64,000 nt of DNA. Source: Eledone cirrhosa (Eukaryota). The stretch is from positions 48,050,001-48,114,000 of the forward strand of contig OZ024745.1 of assembly GCA_964016885.1 (NCBI GenBank), read 5' to 3'. Shown piece after piece: positions 1 to 13,595 of the stretch. The notes under the pieces are model-generated. The model was not told the DNA's origin. It saw only the letters and a program-made list of their open reading frames with translations, and did no database searches. How positions within the stretch are numbered: position 1 is the first letter of the stretch; every line of letters begins with the position of its first letter. The translations under genes and the position numbers were made by a program.

Positions 1-203
1 ATCCAGAGTTGACATTGCACTCAGTGCTCCTTTGGGAGCCCCTACATGGACACACTAGAAGAGGAAGACCAAGGTTAACATATGTTGATGCCCTAAGGAC
101 AGACACTGGTCTGTTGGAGATGCAGGATATGGCAGCGATAATGAGGGACAGAGACCGCTGGAGAGAACTCGTCCATGGATCTCGGGAATTTTACCCGCCT
201 TAG
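1..203 (+). mobile_element. 3' end of RTE-clade LINE ORF
   Basis: HPELTLHSVLLWEPLHGHTRRGRPRLTYVDALRTDTG...RDRDRWRELV is the typical RTE C-terminus; it is followed by a TAGA/TA tail. Confidence 0.75.
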
Positions 204-679
204 ATAGATATATACACAGACACACACAAACATACATATGTATTTCTGTCTCCATGCATTTTCATATGGATCCCATTTAAAGCAAGCAGTGATGTTTATT
301 TATATCCCACAGTTAAGAAGTTAGGCGAAGTGATATACCATACTTAAAAAAGAGTTGGCAACAGGAAGGCTATCCAACTATACTAAAAAAAAATGCCTCA
401 ATAAAGTCTTGTTCAAACCAATGCTAGCATAGAAAAGTGAATATAATGGTGTTGATTGCCATTTCCAGTACCATAAGTGTGTAAAAGATTATTTTGTTTG
501 GACACTACAACATTGAATGTCTCAGTGTAGAGGAAGCCAAACTATTTATTCCACTTAAATATGAAAGCATCACAGTCATAACACTAAGCTGCCTTCTCAG
601 TTATTACTTTTTGTTTTCCATACTAGCAAAGTGAGAGTAGATTTTGCAATTATGGATATTTTTATAATTTGTTTTCTTC

Positions 680-1020
680 TTCGCCCACTTATTCCTGAGG
701 GTCATGGAGGCAGTCCTCAAACACTCCTTCCAGTGGGTCTTGTCAGAAGCAACCGTCTAACTGATCCAACTGGATCCCCAAGTGAGAACAGCCGAGCTCA
801 TGGATGTTATCCAACCACCTTACTTGGGGTCCACCCATGGCTCTCCTGCCAGTTAGTTTTGCCCATAAAATCTGTCTAACGATTCTTCCCCCCACCCCCA
901 CCCCCCAGACATTCTAACCACATGTCCATATTATCAGAGCTGTGATCTCTCACATCGGAAAAGTAGCGGCTTTACTTGGAGTGACTATCTGATCTCCTTG
1001 CAACCTTAATACCAAACCAG
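680..1020 (-). mobile_element. Degenerate RTE LINE 3' fragment
   Basis: Minus strand reads PLLFRCERSQL..YGHVVRM...WAKLTGRR..GPQVRWLDNI, with stops. Confidence 0.6.
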
Positions 1021-2368
1021 TTAAAACTGGTCCTAGTTCACCAATATAAAACTGCATGTTTTAAAGTGTTTATCATTATCATCATTCAATGTTTGTTTTC
1101 CTGCTAGTAAGGGTCATTACAGACTGAGTCTGTGCTCAAGCAGAGCTACTGAGCTCTCAGCTGTGTTGGGGCTGCATCTTGCTTCTTACATTCCAACATT
1201 CTACTGAGTGCTCAGGCAGACTAGGAGCTTGCATATTATCATGGCATGTGCACTAGGGAGGTTGTCATGTTCTTGACATAACTGGATGCCCTTCCTATCC
1301 TCAACAAATTTACACAGCATACTAGGGGCATTCATCACGTAGATCACCAACATAATGCGAAAACTATTAAGTTGTGCTATTAAATCCCTCCAATTTCTTT
1401 TTATTATTTCCAAAATTAGAGGCAATCTATTTCATTATAAATAAGGTAACGAAAAGGTTAATTCTATGTCCTGTACTGCAAGAAATGTACAAAATGATGC
1501 TATGCCTTGGATCACATTGGTAAACGAAGTCCTTACCATAATATTGTCAATTTTCCAAACCATCTGTCTACTAGTAAAGATACTATGGTAATTCTTTTAT
1601 TAATACAGGTCACTGATGCTATAAACATTTGAATTAACAAACCCGTTTTTTTAGATACTTTCTGCTAAATCATTACAGGATTATCATCATCGTCGTTTTT
1701 ATATTCACTTTTCCATGCTGTTATGATCTGGACGGTATGTTTTGAGACAATATTTTACAAACAAATGCCCTTTGTGACGTCTACCTTTTCAGTTGCTTTT
1801 TATAACATGCAGGAATACCCTACACTTGAAATAAAAACTGGGATACACACAGCAATGTTACGAATAGCTGAATGTTCTTTTTAAAATTAAACATTTAGTT
1901 ATGTAACCCATGCCCCAGTGTGGTAAATGAAGCAAATAAAGTAATGTGCCATAGACAAACAGCAACAGCAAACCTGCAGAGTTGTTAGGGCCTGAGGCAG
2001 TATTTGTTGTTCTGGATGTTTGCACTCTGAGATCAAATCCTATTAAGGTCAACTACTTTACCTTTCATTCTTTTGGGGTTGATCAAATAAAATGATTATC
2101 ATGGAAGGTGGATTCGTGAAATAATTAGAATGCTGGACAAGATTCGTTACAGTATTTGATCCTGATTGAGCAGGCCTATGATCAAAGACATTCCAGCAAT
2201 AGCTATCAAGTCTTTTTAGGAGTGTGTAGAATTACATTAACTAACGTGCCCTGTCCTTTCACAAGACAGGAGGGCATGATCTGAAGGAAATTTGGCTGCT
2301 ATTTCTAGCACGTCAAGTGACTGTACACAGGCTTCCACGTTAGCTCATACTACAGGTAATACACTCAC

Positions 2369-2468
2369 TGTTGAAGGTAGCAGCTGTGATGTGGAACCGA
2401 TGAGTAATTAGTTGTGTCGCGGATCTATAGACCACATCCCATTCAGTAGGAGAGTTATCTACATTTGC
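2369..2468 (-). other. Candidate exon of a divergent minus-strand transcript
   Basis: Pyrimidine tract plus AG (CTCCGTTTTTCCCATTGTTAG) before 2468 and donor CA|GTGAGT after 2369. Open frame ANVDNSPTEWDVVYRSATQLITHRFHITAATFN is in phase with the 4156 donor. No homology recognised. Confidence 0.35.
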
Positions 2469-4155
2469 CTAACAATGGGAAAAACGGAGACAAGCATTCG
2501 CTTCCTGGATCCTTTTGATTCCAAAAATATTTTTATTTTTATGGGTAATAAAAACAATCGTCGATATTTGCTATTAACACTTTAAATGAATTGGTCATAG
2601 ACTGGTTTGTTCAAAGCTTTAAAAAAAATACAGGAAATGTACTATTTTTTCAAAAAACAGCTACTCCAAAATGTCTTTAATCACTGCTGAAAGTTCTATC
2701 TTGTGACATATTTTATAGGAAGTGGAATCTGATGTATATGGAAATGTTGAAATGCTTTCATTAGAATTTCCAGAAAACAAAACGTTTCTATTTACCACAT
2801 ACTTTTCTATTTCAAATAAAAACAATGAATTTTTATCCTTAAAATTGTGAACACTAACAAAAGAGAAAAAAAAAAAGGACAATCAAAATAATGTAGCATA
2901 TGTATCTACGCGAAAGTAGGTATGTAGGTGTGTGTATATATATATATATATAAATATATATATAGTTAAGTATGTACGGTATGTGTATGTAAAAGCAAAC
3001 GTTACACGAAAGAGATATCTATATATATTAGAACAAATGTAATTTATGCTCGAAGGTAAACTGAAGCTGAATACGAGCAGCGTTGTAATTAGTAATGATG
3101 GAAACGGTGGCAAGTAATATAGATGTGAAAAAAATTCTAGTCGACAAATATCAAAGTAAAATAGTAATACGAGTAAAAATATTAAAATGAGTAAGAAGAA
3201 CATGTTTAAGGAATGAAATATGTGTAGAAATGAACATATCCGGCCTAACTAAATTCTCTCGAGAAACTGATCGACCAAATACATTTCTTTTTAAAAATTA
3301 AGAGACGTGTGGTTGTAAATACATTGTCAGTAATACAATATGTATGAATGTGTAGCTAAAGAACATACAAGGAAAATAAAAGAACAACTGCAGTAGCCCA
3401 AGACAAGCTAGAATATATATATATAATAACAAATTAATAGAGATACTAAGCACACATTCCTGAAAGTTATATTACAGCTTAGTTGGAACAATATGGCTAC
3501 AGTTCTGGTGTAACTACTTAAATAAAGAATATTAACGAACACAAAAGCAAGTATTTCATAATTACGGATGTATGGATGTCAACTAAGTGCTGGATATTGT
3601 AAAAAGTCTTCCTTTTGGAACACAAATTAATCGGCATAGTCAGTAATTATCTAACTGGGGTCTGGAAACAGCTGAAATTACTACAGTGACCGTCACTGAA
3701 GGCAAACAAGAGGTGTGTGATTGAAAGATTATTTGTAACAAACTATATACACCAATAAGAATTATATACTAAAAGATTTATTTAAAAATCAAATAAAATT
3801 ATTAAGATTTCAATTAAATGTTACGGTGAAGAAGTTAATGAAATATTAAATTACTAGACTAATTATCTTGCTTAAAATGTGATATTAGTTTAGACTAATT
3901 TTAAAAATATGCACATATTTTATCATATTTATATAGGTTTCTTTCAGAATAAATTAAAATTTTGATTTATTACATATTAAAAGAAAACTACTAAAATTTG
4001 GAAATAAGACTAAGACGCATATATAAAACTATAAGTACCAAGCCTTCGGTTATTTCAAGAATATCGCACGCGACCGGAGAGCTATAGATAAGATTTTAAA
4101 AATATATATAAGTTAATAATTTACTGATTATTTGAAATTATCTTTTTAATCTTAC

Positions 4156-4290
4156 CGTGACGGCCACCTGTCGAAGAAATCTCATAAGACATCCACAAAA
4201 TAAATAATAAGCTTTGGCAATCTCTGTATCTTCGTCAACTGGACGATGTTGAGCATGCGTGTAATTATGTAAATCAGAGTTGCTTAAAAA
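4156..4290 (-). other. Candidate exon of a divergent minus-strand transcript
   Basis: Strong donor ACG|GTAAGA at 4155. 135-nt stop-free frame FLSNSDLHNYTHAQHRPVDEDTEIAKAYYLFCGCLMRFLRQVAVT with an ATG at 4185 and a weak acceptor TATTAG at 4291. Confidence 0.35.
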
Positions 4291-4418
4291 CTAATATAGT
4301 GCATCAAATATATTGTGAATGTATATAATATAGCTATGCCTTTTTCGAATAAAAATTATTTTAAAGTTGTATTAAATTCACCGGAGATTCTCGTCGAAAG
4401 GTTAGTTCAATGACAAAT

Positions 4419-4472
4419 ATGGCGACCTCCACAGATTTTGCTATCACGTGCGATGAGTTTCTTGAATTTCAG
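4419..4472 (+). CDS. MIX23: MIX23/CCDC58 coding exon 1 (MATSTDFAITCDEFLEFQ)
   Basis: ATG GCG start (in-frame ATG also at 4410) and donor CAG|GTTCGT. Matches the CCDC58 N-terminus (CEEFAEFQ). Confidence 0.92.
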
Positions 4473-5159
4473 GTTCGTTACTATTATAGTCTACGTAACT
4501 CTATTATTCTTTCTATGAACTATTTCATTTGTGTACAATAAGGAAGTCTAATATGCAATATCTTATTTTTCTGTAAAATAGTACGCATTCCCCTTTAATA
4601 TATATATTTTTTTGTTTTAAACATGAAATGTACAAGGTTAAGTAAGTTATATTTGAAGTATTATTTGTTATTTTCGAGTTGATATTCGCTTTTAATGTCT
4701 AGGTATTAATTCAATATATTGATGTTCGTCATTTTAATGAATTTTCTAACACTGATTATACATTAAGTACAGAATTATTATACTCTACTTAGCTAATTTA
4801 CATGCCGAAACGTGAGATTGAACCAGAAACCTTTAGATGTCCATTCTAATCCTCTTACAATTGAATTCGCACGGATTTGTGATTAAATATTCGGCTCTGA
4901 TCTTAAGGGCATGGTTCAATCCCGTGTCAGGGCGGTGTGTTGTGTTCTTGACACTTTATTTCATGTTGCGCCAGTCCACCCAGGTAAAAAATGAGTACCG
5001 GCATCAGTTAGGGGAGGGCTTAACAGACTGACCCTCGCTCAGAGTCTTGTCTTCTAAGTTGCTTAACGTCTGGTGAAACCGAGATACACTCCTTTCTGAT
5101 TAGTTTCATGTTCCGAGACAGACTTTAACTACAAAAATAGTAAATTGGCTGCCAATGGC

Positions 5160-5330
5160 CAGTGGCGTAGCTAGAGTGTGTGTCGCTCGGGACAGTCCTT
5201 CATTTTTCCTTCAGCCCGCTTCCTCCATACGCAAATATATACAACAGACCCAAAAGTACCACCCCTATAAATTTGTCTCCCTGGGCGGAGCGGCTTCATT
5301 GTCCTCCATATTACTGTCAATAACCAAGGT
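5160..5330. mobile_element. Short MITE-like element with hAT-type end
   Basis: Begins CAGTGGCGTAGCTAG, a common hAT/MITE terminus; the other end is degenerate. Confidence 0.35.
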
Positions 5331-5859
5331 TATGAATCAATCACGAGAACTGCTTGTCCAGCCTACAGTTGGCCAGACCTGACAGGAAAGCCTACAACAA
5401 ACACACAAACCAGCAAGGTATGCTAAGGTTTAGTTCCAGCAATGAATACTGGCTGAATAGAATTGGTAGATTAATATTGATTTTTAATTTAGACATATAT
5501 TCATCAAATTTGGAGGAAGGGCAAAGTTGATTAAATCATTTGAACTCAGAATGTGAAGAACCAGAACAAATATGGCATTGGCATTTTATACGATACAGAC
5601 AAAAAGCCCCCAGTCCACCCTGTAAGGTTTTTATTTTGGTGCAAAGATAAAAAGCATCCAGTCCACCTTGTGATGTGGTTGGTGTTAGGAAGGGCATCCA
5701 TGCATAGAAACCAAGCCAAAATACAGATTTGTATGAGTATGACACGGTCCCCTGACCTGTCATCTCTTAGCACAACAACCCAAAATGGACATTAAATGAT
5801 GATGATGATGATGATGATGACTACCAAGTTGACCAATCCATCAACATCATATCATCATA

Positions 5860-6300
5860 CCATATCTGTAGAGTTGCTTCCCTTTCTGAACCTACATTTA
5901 GTTTCAACCAGAAAGACTGCGATTTTCTCATTCAGTCAATTGAAGTACATTTTTGTGAAGATCTTCCCAACTCTAGCAAATAGAGAAATCCCTTGATAGT
6001 TCTTTTGTTCATTCTTAATACTTCTGGTTCTGAGGAATCCATTTCTCCTGGATTTGTCAAATTCAGGATAAACGTGTGGAATAGCTGTGGAGACTTTGAG
6101 TGTATTTTTGTCTCTGCACCATCTGCTATTGGGGCAGAGTTGGCCATCTGCACAAGTGAGCCCCATGAGTTGGAATGGATATTTCAACACGTCTTCTCTA
6201 ATATCCAATTTCTCCATTCTCTCTACTGGAATCACAAACAACAGAAAGCATTCTCCCACACTGTCTGGGCTCATATCATTGGTGGTAGTGATGTCTGAGT
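5860..6300 (-). mobile_element. Degenerate RTE LINE reverse-transcriptase fragment
   Basis: NYQGISLFARVGKIFTKMYFN*LNEKIAVFLVETKCRFRKGSNSTDM corresponds to the NYRGISLLS..GKI...QCGFR.GRST.D RT motifs. Confidence 0.7.
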
Positions 6301-6607
6301 ATATAAAATATAGATTGATGACAAACTGAGAGGTCTGTTCAAGTGTGAAGGCAACAGAGACATCAACACTGTACTTAACAAAGAACAAGGCACTAGATGG
6401 TTTGTTCTTCATTGACTTCATGAGGACATTTAACATGGGTCTATGGCAGATACTTGATGTCCAGAAAAGTTCACTTGTATGATTGTGTTCCTACACACTT
6501 ACAGGAAGTCTCTAAATACACAGTTGCAACACACCACTGTGCAGTTTGATGTTATAGCAGGAGTGAAGTAGGACTGTATGTTAGTGCTAACATTCTTTTC
6601 ACTCTCT

Positions 6608-6790
6608 CAGTGTGACTTAGTGGATAGAGTATTGGGCTCACAATTGGGAGGTTGGGAGTTTGATTCCCGGACTTGACGAAGTGTTCTTGAACAAGACGCT
6701 GTATTTTTATGTTGCTCCAGTTCAATCAGCTGGAGAAAATGAGTTGTGATATCACTGTACTTGCTCAAGCAGTTAGATATAACAGCCAAA
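6608..6790 (+). mobile_element. Old tRNA-derived SINE
   Basis: A-box-like TGACTTAGTGG, B-box-like GTTTGATTCCC, then a body shared with degenerate copies near 4880-5000 and 12340-12450. Confidence 0.5.
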
Positions 6791-6999
6791 TCTTCCTCAA
6801 ATCATATTCTACCATCTTAAAAAAAATGTGATCCTAGATACAATATACCTGAAAAATAGTTATGATCATTATGATGAGAATACTTATGGGTTAAACATCA
6901 TCATAATCATTTTTCATCTGCTTTCCATGCAAGCATGGGCTGGACAGGTTGTTATGGCCTGAATCAGTTCCTATTTGGAGTTACTCATCATCATTGTTT

Positions 7000-9010
7000 T
7001 TTACGTCTGTTTTACCAAGCTTACATGGGTTGTCGGGTCCTTTTCAGTACACCATCTCTCCACTAGCTGCACTCCTCCTTAATCTCTTTTGTGAGTCTCA
7101 GCAATTGGAGATCAGCTCTCACCATCTCCAACCAGCTCTTCCTTGGTCTACCTCTACTCTGGCTTCCTTCTACTGGGATTTCCTGGCACTGCTTCACCCA
7201 GTGATCATCATCCATGTGCATCACATGTCCATATCAATGCAGTCTTCTCTCTTGCACACAACTTCGAATTTCTCTTAAACCCAGTTTTTTCTCAGTTCTT
7301 GCACATTAACATTGCACATCCAACATTGCACATCCAACAAAACATAGTTGCTTCATTTCTCTCCAGCCTACGCATATCCTCTGCAGTCACTACCAATTCT
7401 TACTACTGTGCAGCATCGCACTTCGCACACAGGTATCATGCAGCTGCCCTTTTGTACTTAGGGAGAAAACATTTGTTATCAACAGTGGGAGTAGCTCTCT
7501 AAACTTCTTCCATCTTATTCTTATTCTAGTTATTATGGTCATGGAGCACCCTCTGCTGCTAATTAGGTCACCTAGATAGCAGAAGCTTTCAACCACTTCT
7601 ATGGATCCTTCATGTGATTAAGAAAGGTTTATATCACTGACGGTCTTTCCATTGATTATCCCTGTACATTTACATACTGTCTGCCTTTCCTGTTAGTCTA
7701 CCACATCTATTGCATACCCAAGATTTACATTGTGTACATCATTTAGAGTTTATGTCAACTTCTTTTCTACATATTGAGCAAGGCCATTTCCCTGAAGGTA
7801 TCAAGGTCCTATCTTTCCTATATACTAGCAATTTAGTTTTGGCTAAATTTACTCTCAGCCCTTTTGATTCCAAATTCTCTTTCCATATTCAGAACTTATT
7901 TTCTAGTTCTTTTATGGATTCAGCTATAAGGACCAGATCATCCACACAGAAGTTCCCATGAACAGCCAGTTTTAAACTCCTCTTTTATGACCTGGATAGC
8001 TATAAACAGCAGTGGGTTAAGAACTGAACCCAGATGAACTCCAACCTGTACCTTGAATTCCTCACTAAACTCACTTCTTACTCTGACTTTACTGATAGTT
8101 CCTCTGTACATGATTTGCACTGCTCTCACAAGCCATTCTTCTACACCTAATTTTCTTATGGACCACCAGATGACAGATCAAGGTACTCTATTAAAGGCCT
8201 TTCTAGATCAACAAAAGCTAAATATAGCAGTTTATATTTGGCTAGGAACTTCTTGTAGTTGTTTCACTAAGAAGAGGGCATCTGTAGTACTTTTCCCAGG
8301 TATAAAACCAAACTGCATCTTATCTTATTTGACTCTTTCCCTAATTAGCTGTGCTATAACTCTTTCCGTCACTTTCAAAACTTGGTCCATTAGTTTTATT
8401 CCTTTATAGTTTCTCCTTTCTAAAGCATCACTTTTACCTTTGTAGCATTATGATTGTACTGCTATGCCAGTCATTGGGTATGGCTCTATCCTGTATTACC
8501 TGATTAACTATGCAGGTTACTAGTTCGACTCTTACTTGTCTTGATGCTTTTAGCATCTCAGCAACTATCGCTGATGGTCTCACAGCTTTACTATTATTCA
8601 TCTCCATAATTGCTTCTTTGACCCTATAACTATCAATTTCAACAGCAGATCCCTCCGTTGGGTAAATTGGGGATAGTCCTTCTTCTTCCCATTCATTTTC
8701 TATAATCGTCAACTTTTCATAGTAACATATCTGTTCTCTTTCAAGTGTCGGTGATGCTAAATATAAAAAGTGTCATTTCTAACACACTTTTTCCCAATAA
8801 CATCCCGATTCACACTGCCACACTGCCTTTCAATGCAGAACACTTCATGTCTCTGGTCCTTGTTGGCATTTAAAAAAATTTTTTTTTTAGCCTCTTTCCA
8901 AGCTATGTCTACTTGTCGTCTAGCTTTTCTCTTAGCTACTTGGTATTGGTCTCTGCTACCCTCATTTTACCAGTCTTTCCATGCCTGTCTCTGGGCTTTA
9001 ACCACATGCC
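7000..9010 (-). mobile_element. RTE/BovB-like LINE, decayed RT region and 3' end
   Basis: Fragments IPNDWHSSTII, VQVGVHLGSVLNPLLF, VESFCYLGDLISS and RWKKFRELLPLL, with many stops and frameshifts. Confidence 0.85.
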
Positions 9011-9239
9011 TGTAATATCGGAGCTGCAATCTCTTGACTTGAAGAAAGGGAACGTTTGCCGGGTTACAGGTGGAAGACCGAAGGCGTCGTGTCGCGTCGC
9101 GTTACTTCGCCTCGCGTCGCATATACACGCCGTCTTGCCGCCTGTCTTTCCCGGCAGCGACTCGTAAAAGTACGGGTCGGCGGCGGAACCGCCTAGCCGG
9201 CGGGGGGCAACTTTACATTCTCTGATCTATGAACTCTAT

Positions 9240-9815
9240 CGAATAACCTTACTTCAAAGACCCTGCGGAGGAATCCCCCATTTCGGCTGCTTGTACTTGC
9301 GGTTGCATTCTTTCAGTCATTACTCAAGATTCATGATCATAGGTAAGGGTTGGCATGAATACTGAATTGAAGATAGCGAGTTTGGCTTTTATCCCTATCT
9401 CTCTTCTGAGTATGGAATGCTGAAGCTGGTGCACTAGCTCCTGCAATTCTTGCACTTAATTCAACCTCCTGATTTCCATCACTCATGAACATGGCCGTGA
9501 AATAGTAATTCTCCATCTGCTTCAGTGGAACTCCTCTCACATGCAGAGTGCACTGCATAGGCTTTCTTGAGATGTGGCGTGTCTCAGTCTTCACAGCATT
9601 GATTTTCATTCCAGCCATGCAGCACTCAGCATCAAACTATCAAGTGCATGTTGGAGATCACCTTCTGACAAGTTAAGTAATACCATGTCACCTGCAAATT
9701 CCAGCCTGTTGTGATACCCCTTCCAACCCAGCTGTGCATATCAATCCTGTTAATGATTATGAACAGGAGAGGTGGCAGTATACACCTTTGGTGGAGTCTG
9801 ACTCCTACATTGAAT
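9240..9815 (-). mobile_element. Second RTE-type LINE RT fragment
   Basis: NVGVRLHQRCILPPLLFII and AGMKINAVKTE...GVPLKQMENY are RT motifs. Confidence 0.7.
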
Positions 9816-9879
9816 TAATTGATTGTTCCCTAAAATATTAGTCTTGTACCTAAAAAAGAAATTCAATATTTTATTTCAG

Positions 9880-10005
9880 GAATCTCTCAAGAGACTGCGT
9901 CTCATTGATGACAGAATTATTCATGCTTTAAATACCACAGTGCCTACAGTTACATTTGAAAAAGATATTAATGCAACAAAACAATGCAAAACACTATATG
10001 ATAAT
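9880..10005 (+). CDS. MIX23: MIX23/CCDC58 coding exon 2
   Basis: TTTCAG|GAA...AAT|GTAAGT. ESLKRLRLIDDRIIHALNTTVPTVTF contains the conserved IDDRI.H.LNTTVPT motif; 126 nt. Confidence 0.96.
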
Positions 10006-10625
10006 GTAAGTGCATATTTTAAGTTATCCAACTTTTTTTTTGTGTGGGGGGTGGGTGGGAATAACCCTTCTTCCCTTAACTAAACAGTAGGGGAATGGTT
10101 GATGGGTAGAATGGTTTATTTGCTAACTATGAAGTAGGAGCTGAATCATTTTTGTTTTGTTTTTTCTGTCTGGCAAACTAAAAAGAGCAAAGTTTTATTT
10201 TACTGGTTTCAGCCATTAGACTGTATCCATGTTGAAACACTGCCTTAAAATCGATCATATTAACCCCAGTACTTATTTTATCAAACTCTTTTTGTCAAAC
10301 TTCTAAATTAAGGGACATACACACAGATGTGGATGGGCACATGAATACACACACACACATATATATGTTGGGCTTAGGCAGTTTCTGTCTACCTAATTCC
10401 CCTCATGAGGCATTGGTTAACCCAAGGCTATATATAATAGAAAACACTTGCCAATGGTCCTATGCTTTGGGATAGAACCAGAAATCCCATGGTTACAAAG
10501 TGACCTCTTTAACCACACAGCTATGCCTGCACCTAAAATATTCCAAAATATTTAACATTTCAAAAATTCCCAATCACAATTTATCAATGAAATATTTAGT
10601 TGATTGTTTTTTAATTTCTTTTCAG

Positions 10626-10772
10626 TTACTACAAGTACATAAAGACAGGAAATCCTCCATTCAAAATTGTATCAAGGTGATCTCAGATAATGTGAATACT
10701 TTAAAGGAGCAACGTTCAAATGATCCAAGTGATTTAAATATTTTAAAAAAACTTAGAAGAGTCCAAACAAAT
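10626..10772 (+). CDS. MIX23: MIX23/CCDC58 coding exon 3
   Basis: TTTCAG|TTA...AAT|GTTAGT. LLQVHKDRKSSIQNCI...LKKLRRVQTN; 147 nt. Confidence 0.95.
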
Positions 10773-12007
10773 GTTAGTATCGTTATTTTAATAAGTTATT
10801 TCATGATTCCTCCTACTTTCATCTTCCTCTTCATCATCCTTCTCCAGCTCTCTTCCTCCTCTCCTGCCACTTCCCCTTCATATTTGAATCTAAAACTAGT
10901 TTTCTTTCAGTATTCTTTAATTCTTTTACTTGTTTCAGTCTTCTGGCTCTTTAAGTTCTAAATTGAAATCCCATCGAGGTCAACTGAGCCAGTCATCCTT
11001 TTGAGGTTGCTAAAGTGCCAGTTCAGTACTGAGGTTGATTCTTCCTCTATATCTATTTCTTACTTTCTCTCAATCACTCTCACTTCTTGTCTGAAATAAA
11101 TCAGCTATGTTCATACCTGGAGAGGAGTTGGGGCTCTGTCAAGTTTAAAATGTCCAAGAAATGCCACAACCAGGGGTTACAAGTCCATACATACATATAA
11201 CACTGTAACCATACATATATACATTCATACATGGCCTTTAGGTCCCTTTAGTAGAGTCCACTTTATTTTAAGCATTTGGGCCAGGTCTCCAGGATACTTT
11301 CTCCTCCTCCCTCCCCTCTTCCCACCAATCTCAGGCCTTGAAAAGGCTCATGTGCACAGCTCTTCTCTCCTTGACTAAATAGTAAAAACGAATAAAACAC
11401 AAGAGCATAAACATACACCAAGGCTCATAAACATAAATGACTGAGTGGGTACAGGTAGTAGTGGTGCTAGTAGATGGAAAATAGAAGAAAGCAAAGGGAA
11501 AGAAACCAAAAGGTAATCTTACAATATTAAAACTCCCTCCCCTCGTAGAAATTTGGCAACAAAGAGTTATCTCCCTTACATTAACAACGTGCAAATTGTA
11601 AGGTTAACTAAAACTTATTTTTACCACAAAAATAGAAAATAAGCACTTTTTACTCTGCTGTCCTCCAAATATGATGTCAAAATCTACCTGCATCTTATAC
11701 ACCGAAGATATAAATACAATATTAATAATTGTTTCTACTTTTGGCACAAGGCCAGCAAATACCCAGTACATTACTGGTACATTATTTTATCGACCCCGTA
11801 AAGATGAAAGGCAAAGTTAACCTCGGCGGGATTTTAATAATATTTAAGTATCAGTGATGCTAGTGACCCTATAACTAGTCAATCTTATCAAATGAAATGT
11901 TTTAAAAAATAATGAAACAATAATCATATTTAATTTACTATTGTCCTTAGGTACTAATTACACACACACACATGCATATATATATTATGTATTTGTTTTT
12001 ATTTTAG

Positions 12008-12067
12008 CTTCGTCTGATGCAAAGTGAATTGACTGTGGAAGAAGTAGTAAAAGATAGAAGTTTAAAG
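12008..12067 (+). CDS. MIX23: MIX23/CCDC58 coding exon 4
   Basis: TTTTAG|CTT...AAG|GTATGT. LRLMQSELTVEEVVKDRSLK matches the conserved MQSELNVEEVV.DRS.K motif. Confidence 0.96.
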
Positions 12068-13595
12068 GTATGTTTCTTGCTGAATTCTTTTGCAGATTCA
12101 TCATCATTATCTTCATCATCAATGTCATTTAATATCCATTTTTGTCTGCTAGCAAGGGTTGGATGGGTTGTCACAGATTAAGTCTACTCGAGCGGAGCTA
12201 CTGATCTCTCAGTGGGGCCAGAGGCTGAATCTCGATTACATATGTTTGTGCACTCTACTGAGTGCTCAGACAGGTTAGGGGCCTGCATCTTTGCTTATAT
12301 ACAAGGGCTGCTGTAAAGTTTTCAGCTTACAGTTGTTATAATCATTAAATCACAACTGTTAGGTTGTGAGTTTGATTCTCAGCAGTGTGAAGTGTTCTTC
12401 AACCAAGACACTTATTTTATGTTGCTCCAGTCAACTCAAGTAGCAAAAATTATTTGTACCTATATTGGCCTTGCCGTACACTGTGCCATGTTGAATCTCC
12501 CTGAGAACTATGTTAAGGGTGTATGTATCTGTGGAATGCTCAGTCAATTGCATGTTGATTTCATAAGCAGATTCCATTATTCGAATAACTGGAACACTTA
12601 TCACTGGAACTAACGGAATTCCAACACACCTATGGTCAAAGGCATTCAAACCAAAGTTTAAGAAACAAGCTGTTTAATAAGGCTTTATTAGGTCCTGACT
12701 TATTCCTTTGGATATCAGCCCTTCCAAAACAGCTTCTGATTCTATGAAAAAAACCATGCTTCACAATCATAACCATACAGAACTTTATGATGGTTTGCCA
12801 AAGTTAACTGAAAAGGTAGCTTAGTGTAGATTGTGATTAGCCTCAAATCTGGTGCTATGGCAACCGATACATGGGCAGATTAACTGTAGGAGACAAACGA
12901 GTTACTTTATTGTTGTACTTCAGAGAGACACCGGTCTGAAGACTGTATCGGAAATACAAACAGTAATATTGGAGTGAGACATCTGGCACAAGTTTGTTTC
13001 CCTGGTGCTGTTGGAAGACCAGCTGAGATGAGATAATGTGATATTGTGATTGTAGGATGAAATATGAGAGCTTTTGATCTAATTGAAGCACCAACATTTA
13101 CAATGTGTAGGCCCAGAGAGGCACTTAGTATTTCAACTCCCTACTATAGTCTGAAATGCATTCACCACTCTTGGCATGATACTGCAGAATGTTTGTGATA
13201 TAACTAAGTTCTTAAATTTGCTTGCAATTCAGAGATAAACCTTTGAAGTTGATATGGCGATATGCTCAGTGAAAGCTGCTTCATCAGCAGTTGCCACATG
13301 AAAGATCAATTTCAGCCATCTTCAGTAATGGTTATCTTGATGGAGAGAAGCCCAAACATGGTATTTGATGCACAATAAAAGCAATGATTTGTATGACAGT
13401 GCCTTGCTATTACTCTGTTTGAGGCATAGTAAGATTTCAGGGTGGTGATGAATTTCACTAAAGTATTTGTATTTTAGCAAATAACTAAAATCTTTGTTAA
13501 AGGTTTGTTAAAAATTATGGATTTGAGATGATGTATCTAAAAATAATCATATTTTACATTTTTCTAATATATTTTCTTTTCTTTTTATATTTCAG

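Noticed and set aside
2661-2882. 73-aa minus ORF behind a strong acceptor at 2854
   Set aside because: It is out of phase with the 4156 donor and has no recognisable homology; it could only be UTR or noise.
5936-6436. 166-aa minus-strand ORF in MIX23 intron 1 as a nested gene
   Set aside because: It contains RTE reverse-transcriptase motifs, so it is a LINE remnant.
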